A stretch of DNA of 64,000 bases, from positions 1,856,001 to 1,920,000 of the forward strand of contig CBDCMT010000001.1 in NCBI GenBank assembly GCA_965219095.1, read 5' to 3'. The position numbers and the translations under genes are program-made. Source of the stretch: Bdellovibrionales bacterium. GTDB lineage: Bacteria; Bdellovibrionota; Bdellovibrionia; Bdellovibrionales; UBA1609. Below the pieces are notes generated by a model. It was not told where the DNA came from, ran no database searches, and saw only the letters and a program-made list of their open reading frames with translations. Position 1 is the first letter of the stretch; each line of letters begins with the position of its first letter. Shown here one piece after another: positions 42,150-53,655 of this stretch.

Positions 42150-42491
42150 ATGCTTCCAATACAACCTGAATTCTTAAACCGTGTTGATGAAATTGTTGTC
42201 TTTGATTCTTTAGGAAAAGAATCCATTGAAACCATTGTAAGGCTTCAATTTGAAGATATAAAAAGAAGAGTTCTAGAGAAAAATATTGACTTAGAATTTG
42301 ATAAAAAGGTTGTAGAGTTTATTGATAAAAGAGGTTATGATCCTGTTTACGGTGCAAGGCCTTTAAAGAGAGTTTTACAATTAGAAATTTTAAACCCTTT
42401 AAGTCAGAAGATCATTTCAGAGGATATAAAAAAACTTAAAAAAGTAAAAGTTTCTGCCAATGATATGCATGTTGTTTTAAGTGACTATTGA
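42150..42491 (+). pseudogene. ClpB/ClpC C-terminal (D2-small) fragment
   Basis: PEFLNRVDEIVVF..L, GYDPVYGARPLKR..Q..I.NPL; no upstream ATPase domains. Confidence 0.85.
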
Positions 42492-42569
42492 TATACTCAT
42501 ATGGATGACCAGTAAGTCAAGCAAGAAAAGTGAGTCTGTAAATTAAATTGTGTAACGAAGATAATACCT

Positions 42570-42790
42570 ATAGTGAAAGTTTTTTTATTTTCTCAACTGA
42601 AACGAGAACTGGGATTTAAGAAGTAGACCTCTTTCAAGCAAGTTGAAATAGAAATTTTTGAGTGGATTGAAGCTTATTACAATACTCAACACCTTCATTC
42701 TATTTAGAAAAACCCCTTTAGAATTTGAAAAAAATCAGGAAATAAGGATGAGATCTCTTAAAAAAAGTTCACTATTTCGACTCATACCAC
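42570..42790 (+). pseudogene. IS3-family integrase C-terminal remnant
   Basis: ESFF..QLKREL...IFEWIEAYYN...HS....TP.EFE across frames. Confidence 0.65.
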
Positions 42791-43042
42791 CACAAAGTTC
42801 AGAGGGTTTTTTAAATTTATTGAACAGGCCCGCCACAAGTATTAGGATTCCAAGTAGCACTAGTTACCTAAATTCCCGACAAAAAATATACACTAGGATT
42901 TAAGTTCTGCTCAGAATCTGGAAAATTTCTTATTCCCCCTCGTAAAAAGTAGGATTTCATAGAATTTTTAGAGATAAATACTCTTGCCTATGCTTAATCC
43001 TGATGTATAATATATACAGCAGGATTGCTAGGAGGATATACG

Positions 43043-44614
43043 ATGAGTTTCATTAGAAGAATAAAAAAGAAGGATGGACAAGTTTATTTGGCTGAAGTTG
43101 AAAGCAAATGGATCAATGGGAAATCAGTCCAAAAGCATATTCGTTATATTGGAAAAGAGATTAATGGAGAAGTTGTGCTTTCTCTCTCATCAAAAGATCT
43201 CCAAGTGGATGGAGTTAAGGTATATGGCCCCCTTTTACTGTTCCATAGTATCTCAAAAAAAATTAAACTTCCAGAAATTTTAGGTAAATATTCTGATGAG
43301 ATTCTCAGTATGATTTATGCTCACTGTATGGATTATAGAAGTGTACGTAATATGCCAAAATGGTACGAGAGGACAGACTTAAATCTTCTGTTAGATTTAG
43401 GAAATCTAACAGAAGCTCGATTAGTTAAAGCAATGGATAGTATAAATGATGATCAAATAGAGATTTATCAAAGGTCTATTTTTAGCAACGTAAAAAAGAT
43501 GTATAGGTTGGACTCTAAGGGAATAGTATATGATCTAACAAATACTTATTTTCATGGGAAGCATTGTGTTATGGGGAAAGTGGGAAGAAGTAAAGATGGG
43601 CGTCGACAAAATGATCTTATCCAAATAGCACTTGCAACGACTCAAAAGGACGGAATTCCAGTATTCCACAAAACCTTTGATGGAAATATCCATGACAGTA
43701 AAACTCTAGCGGACGTTTCCAATAATTTTTCTCAACACAGTCTTCAGTCTGGACTACTCATCTATGATCGAGGCATAGTATCCGAGAAAAACATTGATTT
43801 CATAGGGGATTTAGGCTGGCACACGTTGTGTGGCTTGCCTATGCGAGAAAAAGAAAAAGCTATCATAAGACGAACTATAAAGAATGATTCTATAAATAAT
43901 ATTTCAAATATGGTGACAATTGGAGAAAGTATTTTTTACGTTAAAGGTATACCTCATTCATTCGGATCGATTAAAGGAAAGCTTGTCATCTGCTATAATG
44001 AATCTAAAAAAACAGAAATCACAGAGTCAAGGAGGAAAAGGATTCTAAATGCTCAGGAGTTAATAAATAAAAATAAAAAAATTGAAGAAGGACTTAGAAA
44101 GCACTTGACTCCCAGGGGAAGAATAAGAACTGATGTGTTAAAGAAAGATGAGGAGCTTGATGGATACTCGTGTATATTTTCTACGAAGAAGATCTCCGAC
44201 AAAGAAATGGTGAGATTGTATTTTGACAAAGAGATCATTGAAAGAGCTTTCAAAACTTTAAAAGGTATTTCAAATGTACGCCCTATTAGATTTTGGTTAA
44301 ATAAGAGAGTCAAGTCACATGTTTTTATCTGCTATTTATCTTATCTCATATTATCTATCCTTAAACTAAATCTAAAATCTAAGGGCATAAATATGTCGCC
44401 AGAAAAAGCAATTGAAAACTTAGAAACTATGTACAACGTTTATCTATCAGATAACCGTAAAAAACATAAATTTACTAGAACCGTAACTCTTAACAAAACT
44501 CAAGAACAGATATTGAAATCGGTGGACCCAAAAATTTTAAAGAATCACATAATGCTTGCTCTATCATATTCATTAAGAAGTATTCCGATGAAAAAGAGAT
44601 TCATCTTATCTTAG
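43043..44614 (+). CDS. IS1634-family transposase (start ATG 43043; C-terminus runs into an IS630-B remnant)
   Basis: YDLTNTYF, G.SKDGR, F.GNI.D, YDRG, K..IERAFK.LK....RPI......RV..HVFICYL. Confidence 0.9.
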   Translation: MSFIRRIKKKDGQVYLAEVESKWINGKSVQKHIRYIGKEINGEVVLSLSSKDLQVDGVKVYGPLLLFHSISKKIKLPEILGKYSDEILSMIYAHCMDYRSVRNMPKWYERTDLNLLLDLGNLTEARLVKAMDSINDDQIEIYQRSIFSNVKKMYRLDSKGIVYDLTNTYFHGKHCVMGKVGRSKDGRRQNDLIQIALATTQKDGIPVFHKTFDGNIHDSKTLADVSNNFSQHSLQSGLLIYDRGIVSEKNIDFIGDLGWHTLCGLPMREKEKAIIRRTIKNDSINNISNMVTIGESIFYVKGIPHSFGSIKGKLVICYNESKKTEITESRRKRILNAQELINKNKKIEEGLRKHLTPRGRIRTDVLKKDEELDGYSCIFSTKKISDKEMVRLYFDKEIIERAFKTLKGISNVRPIRFWLNKRVKSHVFICYLSYLILSILKLNLKSKGINMSPEKAIENLETMYNVYLSDNRKKHKFTRTVTLNKTQEQILKSVDPKILKNHIMLALSYSLRSIPMKKRFILS

Positions 44615-44904
44615 ATGGGGCCGGATACAATAGATCGAAGTCTGTCAAGAAGTTCGCGAAAGAGTTGAATATAAAACTTGTTTATCTTCCTCCGTACTCA
44701 CCGAATTTAAATCCTATAGAAAGGCTTTGGAAGTTTATGAAAAAAGAGGTCACGGCGAATCGATATTATGAAAACTATGACGATTTCAAGGGAAGTTTAA
44801 GTCAATTTTTTAGAGGAATACGAAAACACAGATCTAAATTAGAAACTTTGATAACTGATAACTTCTCCATCTTAAGGAAACTGAAAACCTAAACGGAAGC
44901 ACTA
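44565..44904 (+). mobile_element. IS630 type B 3' remnant
   Basis: Matches about 10885-11222 including the right IR. Confidence 0.9.
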
Positions 44905-45000
44905 TATATAATAACATACAATAAAAAACTGTTCTAACCCCAGCCCCTTGTCATTTAAAATTAAGCCCCTCAGACTGTGAAAAAAATAAAAAGTGACAAA

Positions 45001-45038
45001 AATTGTTAAACACATGTCAAATTGTTAAACACATGTCA
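45001..45038. repeat. 19-bp tandem duplication
   Basis: AATTGTTAAACACATGTCA x2. Confidence 0.9.
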
Positions 45039-45273
45039 AAAATCCATTACATATCTATGAAACAGAGGATGTCAAGAAAAAAAAGAGGGGGGGCAGAGTT
45101 TTTGTCAAAATGTCTTGATAACATAGAGTTCTATGTAAACATCTTTTATGAGAGCCTTATTATCAAAAAAAAAAGTGTTAAGAGCTTTTATCAGCATTAA
45201 TAACGAGAAGATAAGAAAAGATATGCTTATCAGCTCCATATCATTCTTCTTTTAGATGTCTATGAAAAAGAAA

Positions 45274-45313
45274 ATATGGATAACCAGACTTTTAAAAGTC
45301 TGGTTATCCATAT
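45274..45313. repeat. 40-bp perfect palindrome with no loop
   Basis: ATATGGATAACCAGACTTTT|AAAAGTCTGGTTATCCATAT. Confidence 0.95.
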
Positions 45314-45490
45314 GAGGTATGTAAATTTTATATACTGACAAAAATTGTTTCACTTTCTCAAAACTTCTCTGCTCGCAAATTATTATAATTTTTCTAAAAT
45401 TATAATAATCAATCTTTTTTACTTGATTTTTTTATAACCTTAAATTAAACTACTTATAAAGTAAGTTATAAAAGAAAGGAGATAAAGAAT

Positions 45491-46141
45491 ATGAAAACAA
45501 AAGCTATTTTTAAAACCATTTTTTTACTAGGGGTTCTAACAGTTATTTTTCCTCCTCTAAGCTCTGCTATAAGAGGAAAGAGTAAAACCGGAGTGGAAAA
45601 AAGAAGTACTGATGCAAGACAAACTATCAATAATAAAGGAGAGGTTAAAAGAGGTAATTTAGGAGAATTAGGAAAAATTCTAGAAAAAAAGAAAGTTTCT
45701 CATGAAAGGATCTCAAGTCTTCTAAAAGCTCTTAAAGACTACAATAAAAATCAAAGCTCAAAACTAACAGAAGAGAATGTCGTTCAATTCACCTCTAAAA
45801 GTAAGGCTGGAGAAAAACTTTTAGATTCTCTTACAACATCTAAAAATCAGGTGATGGGTTTAGTGTCAATTTTTAGTCTTTTTAAAGCATTTGATTCAAA
45901 ATATCTGGAAAAAAGCGAAACAGAAAAGACAACAGAGTTTAAAAATATGGAACAGTTAGTAAGCGAAATAGCAAAAGCTATCAAGAATGATACAGAAAGT
46001 AATTATATTTTATTAGACACTACCATGAAGAAATCAACAGAGGACAAAGTCTTAGAAGTAGCACTTGCAAAATACAATGAGAATAGACCCGAAAGAAAAC
46101 ACATTACATTGGAGGAATTGAAAAAACGTTGCAAAGTTTAA
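45491..46141 (+). CDS. Hypothetical exported protein
   Basis: AAGGAG RBS; signal-peptide-like N-terminus; Lys-rich helical. Confidence 0.7.
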   Translation: MKTKAIFKTIFLLGVLTVIFPPLSSAIRGKSKTGVEKRSTDARQTINNKGEVKRGNLGELGKILEKKKVSHERISSLLKALKDYNKNQSSKLTEENVVQFTSKSKAGEKLLDSLTTSKNQVMGLVSIFSLFKAFDSKYLEKSETEKTTEFKNMEQLVSEIAKAIKNDTESNYILLDTTMKKSTEDKVLEVALAKYNENRPERKHITLEELKKRCKV

Positions 46142-46164
46142 CTCTATAAAAGTTTAAAATGTAT

Positions 46165-46236
46165 GCCTCCTCAAAAGAATCTGTGGGTTCCCGGAGGTTC
46201 TGGCAGTTTTCCAAGGTTATGATATAAGGCGATTTT
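46165..46236 (-). mobile_element. ISL3 right-end fragment
   Basis: Reverse complement of about 30598-30669. Confidence 0.85.
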
Positions 46237-46348
46237 TTTAAGAAGCTGACCTAAAAACTCATCTTTTAAAGTTGCTTTTGGATTTTCTTTTTGGTACTCC
46301 TTAAACCTCATCTCGATACGATCCTGATTAGAAAGTGTTTCATTTCTT

Positions 46349-49135
46349 GTAACTGCTCACTCTCGTAAGTTTTTATTTAAAGCCATAGAGATGGCTTCTA
46401 AAGAAGAATACCCTCTATTTCTCATTGTTTTAACATAGCTGGTAATGCGACAAAAATATTTCGCCATTTCTTCTGTTCTGAAACACCCTGACACTTTCTT
46501 TTTCACTTTAGTCATTCTTAGATCTCTTTCAGCTCTGTTATTAGTAGGATCTACGTTCTTTCTTTTAGCAAAGCACAGTATTTCTGCTTCATACTTTTTA
46601 AATCGCAGCCAAAGGTTTTGAGCTTGTGTATGCTTTATTCGTCCTTTCTTGCCATTTTTCTTAGGAAATTCTGGAAGCTCTTTTAAGCCTTTTGTAAGAA
46701 TACTCCTATACCTTCTCTGAAGAGTTTCGTACTCTTTTTGAGTCAGAACTCTTGACTCTTTTTTATGAACTAACTCCACAGTCTCTTTAAGAAGTTTTTT
46801 GAGATTTGTAGCCCATTTGAATCCATTGCTTTCTTCTATAAATTTAAGCTCTCTCAAAAGGTGAGCCACACACAAAGCATGAGTTATCTTATCATAACAA
46901 AAGTAAGGACTCCAACAATGATCTTCCCCCAAAAAAGTGGACAGTTTTTATGTTCTTAAAGCCCTCCTTTGTTTAAATTCTTTTGGGCTCATGTATTTCA
47001 AGGAAGAATGCATTCTTACCTTGTTATACCAATCCATGTAAATTGCAATTTTTTTTTCCAACTCTTCCTTTGTTGTACAGTCTTTGTATTCCAGTTCATC
47101 CTTCAACGTATGGAAAAAGCTCTCCACAAACGCATTATCATAACAATTTCCTTTCCTAGACATAGATTGCTTGAGGCCAAAGAATTTCAATTCTTTTCTA
47201 AACCCTTCACAACAATATTGAACCCCTTGATCCGAGTGGATTATCAAGCCCTCTAAGTTCCCAGAAACAGATTGGACTGCGGCTCTCAGAGCCTGTTTTG
47301 AATGAACCCCGTCCAAGCTCTCACAGAGCTTCCAAGACTTAATCTCTCGATTATAGACATCTAAAAATACAACCAAATACAGAAATTTATCTCTAAAAGG
47401 AATATAGGTTAAATCCGAACACCATACCTGGTTTTCTTTTCCTGCTTGGCTCTGTCCTGTCTTAAACAACCGAGGAGACTTAATCATGAGAGGGTTATTC
47501 TTTGTTGTTCTAGGAACATAGGGTTTTTTCTGACGGGCACTGAGATTCTTTAGTTTCATAATTCGAGCTACTTTGTTTTCTCCAGCACTCACTCCGCAAC
47601 GCTTTAATTCCCTATACACCCTGGGGGAACCATAACAGCCTTTATTTTTTTTAAAAATAGATTCTATGTTTTTCTCCAGATTTTTATCCTTTTCAAGCTT
47701 TCCCCTGGTTTTTAAAAAACTATAAAAACCAGAACGAGATCCTCTTAATAATTCGCAGATGCGAAGCACTGGATGCCCTTTCTCTTTTACATAAAACATA
47801 GCCTTAAATCTCATTTCAGGATTTCCTTTGAAAAAAAAGCCGCTGCCTCTTTCAATATACCTACACTCCGCCTCTCATAGACCAGCTCCTTTTTTAACCT
47901 CTTTATTTCCTCCAATGCCGAAGCCAAGTCATGGGAAGCTTGTCTTTCTACTTCAGGCTTTAGAAAACGCTTCCAAGAGCTTATCACTTGGAAATTTCTC
48001 AGTCCTAGCTTCTCTGAGGCTTCCTTTGCACCTATTTCCTCTGCCAATTCAATGGCTTGCTTTTTAAACTCTTCCGAGTACTGTTTTACTTTTTCCATTC
48101 TTTCTTTTACCTCCATTTTATGGAGACTTTAAGAGAAAATTGACTGTCCGCAGAAACAGGGGAAGTTCACAATCATGCACAAGCACTCCTCCATATCTAT
48201 CCAAGAGACCAATATCTTTTATGGCTTCCCTTCCACGTGAAAGGTGGAGAAACTGCAAGACTAATTCTCCTGAACTATAAGTATGAATCCAGTAGTTTTT
48301 ACCCTTAACCCTCATAGAGGTCTCATCAACATGAATGACCTCTGATTCAAGTATCTTTTCTTTCATCTGCTCTTCCCAACTTTTAAGAAACTCTCCTAAT
48401 TCAGCAATGTATCTCAACATAACTGCAGGAGAAATCATTCGACCTATAAGCCCCATGTAATGTTCCCCAACACGCTCTAAAAGACAGCATCTGAACTATA
48501 ATGAAATTGATGATGGAAGCTCTAATGCCTATACCATACTGAAGAGGACCACTCATACCTTTAGGGAATTGACCTTTATTTCTAGCTCCACATGAGGGAC
48601 AATCCTTAACCTCAGAAGTTACAGTATGGGTTTGAATTTCATAAAAAATATCAATCTTTTTACGCTTCTCAAGGCTTTTTACCTCTGCTGTCTTTAAACA
48701 CATCCCACACTGAGAACACTCTGAGGGAGAGACAGTCTCCTCACTGTTTGTATCTTTACTGTTATCAAGTCTAGAGCCCTTTTTCTGACTCCCACTAGCT
48801 TTCTTATTACGATTCCCTTGACGACTAAAATCTTGCGAAGGAGGAAGACCGCTGTTGCTGGAATTTTTTCGAACCTGTTTTTCTAAAAGCACAACAATCA
48901 GAATGTTCACAACCTTAAAGAGAGATTCAACAATCACAGAAATCTCAGTAGGCACAGAACCTTTCTTTGCAAACTTATCAAAGTCACTTCTTATATTTTT
49001 AATCTCATTTCTGATGGAGGTCTTATTTATTGTCATTTGAAAAGAGTATTTAAAAGAAAATCTGTAAGAGCAAGACTTTTATCTTAAAACAGGTCTAAAG
49101 TTAAGGATAACTGAACAATGTAGGTGAGTAGTTAC
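46349..49135 (-). mobile_element. IS66-family element, copy 2, frameshifted and interrupted by IS3
   Basis: GTAACT ends; 8-bp TSD CATTTCTT; ORFs 48401-49036, 48118-48456, 46357-46932. Confidence 0.93.
46919..48169 (-). mobile_element. IS3-family element, intact (OrfA 47811-48116, OrfB 46948-47814)
   Basis: TG...CA ends, 3-bp TSD CAA; YSEEFK HTH; WCSDLTY, HSDQG, DNA..ESFF. Confidence 0.95.
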
Positions 49136-49471
49136 CATTTCTTAAGCTCAAATAGGTGATCTTCTGTTATAAGAGAAAGGGCTTTTTTGAAAATATCTTT
49201 GGCTTTGATTTTTCTACTATAAGGGATTTTATGGAATTTTACTAAAAGCTCTTTTAATTTAAAAAAAAGGTCTTTCTAGGAACCCTCAAATGGGATTCTT
49301 GTTTTTTCATTTTGCACCTTTTTTCTCGTCTTTTTGATACAAATTTTCTTTTGTCATCAAACCTTATTTGATTTGTTTTGTTTCTTTCTTAGAATGAAAG
49401 AAACTATAAGTAGTTAAAACTGGAAAATAGTCCTCCCCAATAAGAAAATCTTAAAATAGAGTGAAAAAAAT

Positions 49472-49616
49472 GCCTCCTCAAAAGAATCTGTGGGTTTCCG
49501 GAGGTTCTGGCAGTTTTCCAAGGTTATGATATAAGGCGATTTTTATAGCTTTAGAGGTTCTAAAGCCGTAAGATTTTCTCATAGTGAGTTTTACTTTGTT
49601 GTTTAAACCCTCTACA
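49472..49616 (-). mobile_element. ISL3 right-end fragment
   Basis: Reverse complement of about 30525-30669. Confidence 0.85.
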
Positions 49617-50081
49617 AGCTAGAGCTGTTCCTGTAAAGATTTGCAATCAAAAACAGTGTGGACACGTACAGATATCAACGGAAATACTGCTAAATTATTT
49701 AGGGCCACTAAGGTTCCTATCCCACCAAAGATCTTAAAACTCTCTCAGAAATTAGAAAAAATGTAGTGGTACAAAAAAACATGTGTTCTAAGTGCTTGTT
49801 TTTACTGGTTTGACGCAGTCACTTCTGTCACACCGGGGCTACAAGAGCATAAATGTGTTGCTGTTTTGCGTTAGTTAGGTTTAGTAATACTAAAAGTTAG
49901 TTACCATAAGTCCTCTATAATTCTCAATCGCATAACTTAATGGGAATGACTGTATTTCTATAGAATCTGTTGATTGTCATCAATCATATGGGAAACATAA
50001 TAAAATCATATTCTTACAAATATCTATTCAACAAAGCCAAACCAGTTGACAAACAGTTCTTCAATGTAAAGATGTGAGTTC

Positions 50082-53000
50082 ATGTTGTATCAAATTCAAA
50101 ATTTTCCTTCCTTACAGGACTTAGAGGGTGATTCTTTAAAATCTTGTTTTACAGTGAATTCGTTTTCTTCACCTATGATATGGGCTCTTTTAGTCCAATC
50201 AAAGCTTTTTCAAAAAGAAAAGATTCTCTTTATCTTTCCCTCTCATAAAGACATTCTAGATTTTCAAGAAGCACTGTTTTTCTTAGATCCTCAAAAATCC
50301 CTTATTTCACTTAAAGGATTCAAAACTTATCCTTCAAGTCAGTGGCTTCCTAGTGAAAGAGAACTTTGTCAAAGAATGAAATGGCTCTACGAAGCACAAA
50401 AACAAGAAGCCAATTTGCTTTGTGCTACAGTTTGTGATTTAAGTCAGAAGACCTTACCATTTAAAGTGTTCAAAGACCATATTACATCATGGTCTCTTAA
50501 AGATAAGATTCCTTTAAATCTTAAAAGTTTTTTCAATAGTTTAGGCTACAAGGAAACAGTTTTTTGCGAAACACCGGGTACTTATGCTCTAAGGGGTGGT
50601 CTTTTTGATGTCTTTTCTCCTGCTTACAATCAGCCTGTAAGAGGAGAGCTTTTTGGTAATGAAATCATGTCTTTAAAGGAAGTAGATATAGCGACTCAAA
50701 GAAGCACCTCTCCTTTAACTTCACTGGAGATCATACCCTCTTATGAAACACTTTACGTTCATGATAAGGTTTGTGAATCTTTTTTAAAGGATCTAAAGAA
50801 AAAAAATCTTTTGAATGAAGTCGATAAAAAATGGATTTACAAAATAGAAAAAAAGGAATTTTTTCAAGAAAGCCCCTTTCTTTTAAATCACTTTTATGAA
50901 AACTTAGAAAGCCCTCTTCATTACATCAAGCCTCCTTTTTCTATGGTCATGTTAGAGCCTCTATTATGTAAAAAAAAGCTAAAAGAGTTAGAAGAAAATG
51001 CAGAAAATTCTTCTTGCGATATTTTGTCTGCAAACTTTGATTCACTTTACACCTCTTATGAAAACATCGCAAACTACGATCTTGAAAATCAAATCTCCCC
51101 TCATACAAGTAGTGTTCCTAAAAAAATCTTTATTTCAGATACAAATAACTTAGGAGAGGACTACATAACAATCTCTTCTTCATCATCCTTTTTTTTAGAT
51201 TCAAAAGATCCTCTGTCTAAAATTAAAGAATTGAAACAAAATGAAATAACTGTTTTTATTGCAAGCCCTCACACAGTAGAGAGAAAAAAACTAAATTTTC
51301 TTTTAGAAGATTGTGGACTAGAGCCTGTTTGCGTTAAGGAAAATGAGTACTTATGGGAATCTTGGATGGAAGATCAAAGACTCAATCCTCTAAGAGTTCA
51401 TATTTTACCACGATCAATAAATAAACCTTTATTTTTAAAAAATTTAAAAATTTGTTTTTTAAGAGAAAAGGATGTGATTGCTTCACAACATGGATTTAAA
51501 AGAAAAAGACCTTCTCAAAAAACAAAATCTACAATCGAAAGAGCTCAAGCTTTAAGTTTCGGAGAACTTTCTGAGGGAGATTATCTGGTCCATGATTCTC
51601 ATGGTATAGGTGTTTACAGAGGGCTTAAAATACTTCTTGTTGAGAGAAGATCTATGGAGTTTTTAAGCCTTGAGTACAAGGGGGGAGATAAGCTTTATGT
51701 CCCTATTTTTGATTTAAACCGTCTGTATCGTTATTCGGGAAAATCATCCTCAGCTCTTATGGATCGTTTGGGTGACAAAAAGTGGAATAAAAAAAGAAAA
51801 AAAGCTTTCGATCAGATTCAAAGCATTGCAGGGGAATTGCTAAAAATCTATGCTTTGAGAAAAAAAAGCTTGAGGGATGTTTATCAAGTTGAATCAGAAG
51901 ATTTAGCTAAGTTTGAAAGAGAGTTTTTTTATGAAGAAACCCCCGAGCAAAGGAAGGCTATTGATGATATTTTTTGTGATATGAAAAAGAGCTCACCTAT
52001 GGATCGTTTGATTTGTGGTGAAGTGGGTTCAGGAAAAACAGAAGTAGCTCTAAGAGCTGTGTTTGTAGCTTGCTACAATCAAAAACAAGTGGCTTTCATG
52101 GCTCCTACAACTTTACTTTCTTTTCAACACTTTCAGAACTTTCAGAGACGATTCAAAGATTGGCCCATAGAGGTTTGTTTGATCAACCGCTTTGTTAGCA
52201 GGTCAGAAATAAAGAAGATTTTAAATAAAACACGTGAGGGGAAGGTGGATGTTCTGATAGGAACTCACAGACTTTTAAGCTCAGATGTTAGCTTTAAGAA
52301 TTTAGGGCTTTTGGTTGTGGATGAAGAGCAAAAGTTTGGGGTGAGAGCAAAAGAAGCGATCAAAAAGATGAAAAGCTCTGTGGACATGTTAGCTCTTTCA
52401 GCAACACCCATTCCAAGAACACTTAATCTGAGCCTTATGGGAATCAGAGATTTAACTCTTATAAAACACCCTCCGCCAGGAAGACAACCTGTAGAAACTT
52501 TTCTCTGTCATCATAAAAAAGAGGGGATTAAAAAAGCTGTCAATCAAGAATTAGACAGAGACGGACAGGTCTTTTTTATGCATAATAGAGTCAAAACCAT
52601 ACCCCGTATTTATGAGTACTTAAAAGAACTTTTACCTCATGCTTCTATAGGAGTGGTACACGGTCAGATGAAGGAACACACCTTAGAAAAAACCATGTTG
52701 AAGTTTTTGAATAAGGACATACAGGTTCTTATTTGCACATCCCTTATTGAATCAGGAATTGACATTCCACAGGTTAACACATTGATTGTCGATCAGCCTG
52801 AACTCTTAGGCTTAAGTCAACTTTATCAGCTAAGAGGGAGGATAGGAAGAAGTGACCGAAAGGCTTATTGCTATCTACTTTTCCCTAAGAACAGAGAACT
52901 CTCTCCTGAAGCTTTAGAGAGAATGAAAGTAGTCCAAGAGAACAACTCTTTAGGTAGCGGACTTCAAATAGCACAATATGACTTAAACATCAGAGGGGCA

Positions 53001-53534
53001 GGACCCCTTTTAGGGACCCAACAATCAGGTCTTGTTGAGACCTTAGGTTATGAATTTTTTATGAGCTTATTAGAGGAGGCTTTAAATCAGTTAAGAGGAG
53101 ATAGGAAAGATGTTTTTCACCCCGATGTGAGCTTACCTGCCTCAGCCTATATACCATCAGATTATATCGATAACTTTAAATTGAAATTAATTTACTATAA
53201 AAATTTATCTCTTTGTGATTCACCAGAAGATCTAAAAGACTTAGAGTTAGAAATGAAAGATCGTTTTGGAAACCTCCCAGAACCTGTGATTAAACTTTTA
53301 GAGTTAACCTCCATAAGGCAAGAGTGCGAAAGGTTAAGAATCTTGAATCTAAAACTTTCTAAAAAATCATTGTCTTTAGACTTTGATCAAGAAAGCTCAG
53401 TACCTCTCAAAAGCATTAAGACTATGTTTGGAACCCAAGCTAAATCTTATAAATTAGTGTCTGATCAAAAAATTATTATCTACAAAGATAATTTAAACTC
53501 GACTAAAGTACTTTCTCTTTTAAACCAATTTTAA
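50082..53534 (+). CDS. mfd: Transcription-repair coupling factor
   Basis: RGG.FD.F, VH..HGIG.Y, MDRLICG.VG.GKTEVA, DEEQKFGV, SATPIPRTL, QLRGRIGR, TRCF C-terminus. Confidence 0.96.
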   Translation: MLYQIQNFPSLQDLEGDSLKSCFTVNSFSSPMIWALLVQSKLFQKEKILFIFPSHKDILDFQEALFFLDPQKSLISLKGFKTYPSSQWLPSERELCQRMKWLYEAQKQEANLLCATVCDLSQKTLPFKVFKDHITSWSLKDKIPLNLKSFFNSLGYKETVFCETPGTYALRGGLFDVFSPAYNQPVRGELFGNEIMSLKEVDIATQRSTSPLTSLEIIPSYETLYVHDKVCESFLKDLKKKNLLNEVDKKWIYKIEKKEFFQESPFLLNHFYENLESPLHYIKPPFSMVMLEPLLCKKKLKELEENAENSSCDILSANFDSLYTSYENIANYDLENQISPHTSSVPKKIFISDTNNLGEDYITISSSSSFFLDSKDPLSKIKELKQNEITVFIASPHTVERKKLNFLLEDCGLEPVCVKENEYLWESWMEDQRLNPLRVHILPRSINKPLFLKNLKICFLREKDVIASQHGFKRKRPSQKTKSTIERAQALSFGELSEGDYLVHDSHGIGVYRGLKILLVERRSMEFLSLEYKGGDKLYVPIFDLNRLYRYSGKSSSALMDRLGDKKWNKKRKKAFDQIQSIAGELLKIYALRKKSLRDVYQVESEDLAKFEREFFYEETPEQRKAIDDIFCDMKKSSPMDRLICGEVGSGKTEVALRAVFVACYNQKQVAFMAPTTLLSFQHFQNFQRRFKDWPIEVCLINRFVSRSEIKKILNKTREGKVDVLIGTHRLLSSDVSFKNLGLLVVDEEQKFGVRAKEAIKKMKSSVDMLALSATPIPRTLNLSLMGIRDLTLIKHPPPGRQPVETFLCHHKKEGIKKAVNQELDRDGQVFFMHNRVKTIPRIYEYLKELLPHASIGVVHGQMKEHTLEKTMLKFLNKDIQVLICTSLIESGIDIPQVNTLIVDQPELLGLSQLYQLRGRIGRSDRKAYCYLLFPKNRELSPEALERMKVVQENNSLGSGLQIAQYDLNIRGAGPLLGTQQSGLVETLGYEFFMSLLEEALNQLRGDRKDVFHPDVSLPASAYIPSDYIDNFKLKLIYYKNLSLCDSPEDLKDLELEMKDRFGNLPEPVIKLLELTSIRQECERLRILNLKLSKKSLSLDFDQESSVPLKSIKTMFGTQAKSYKLVSDQKIIIYKDNLNSTKVLSLLNQF

Positions 53535-53655
53535 GAATTTTTCTAGACTTAAGCCTCCTTCTTTAAGAATTATTTAGGGCTTTTGTAATGAATTTCAAGA
53601 TACATCTCAAATTGCTTTAAGATTGATCCGTTAAAGAAACTGGAGGACATTATTT

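Noticed and set aside
49762..49841. TGTAGTGG...GGCTACA possible IS481-like MITE (TGTAGTGATCA also at 20122 and 32823)
   Set aside because: Inverted repeat is weak, with no TSD and no cognate transposase in the window
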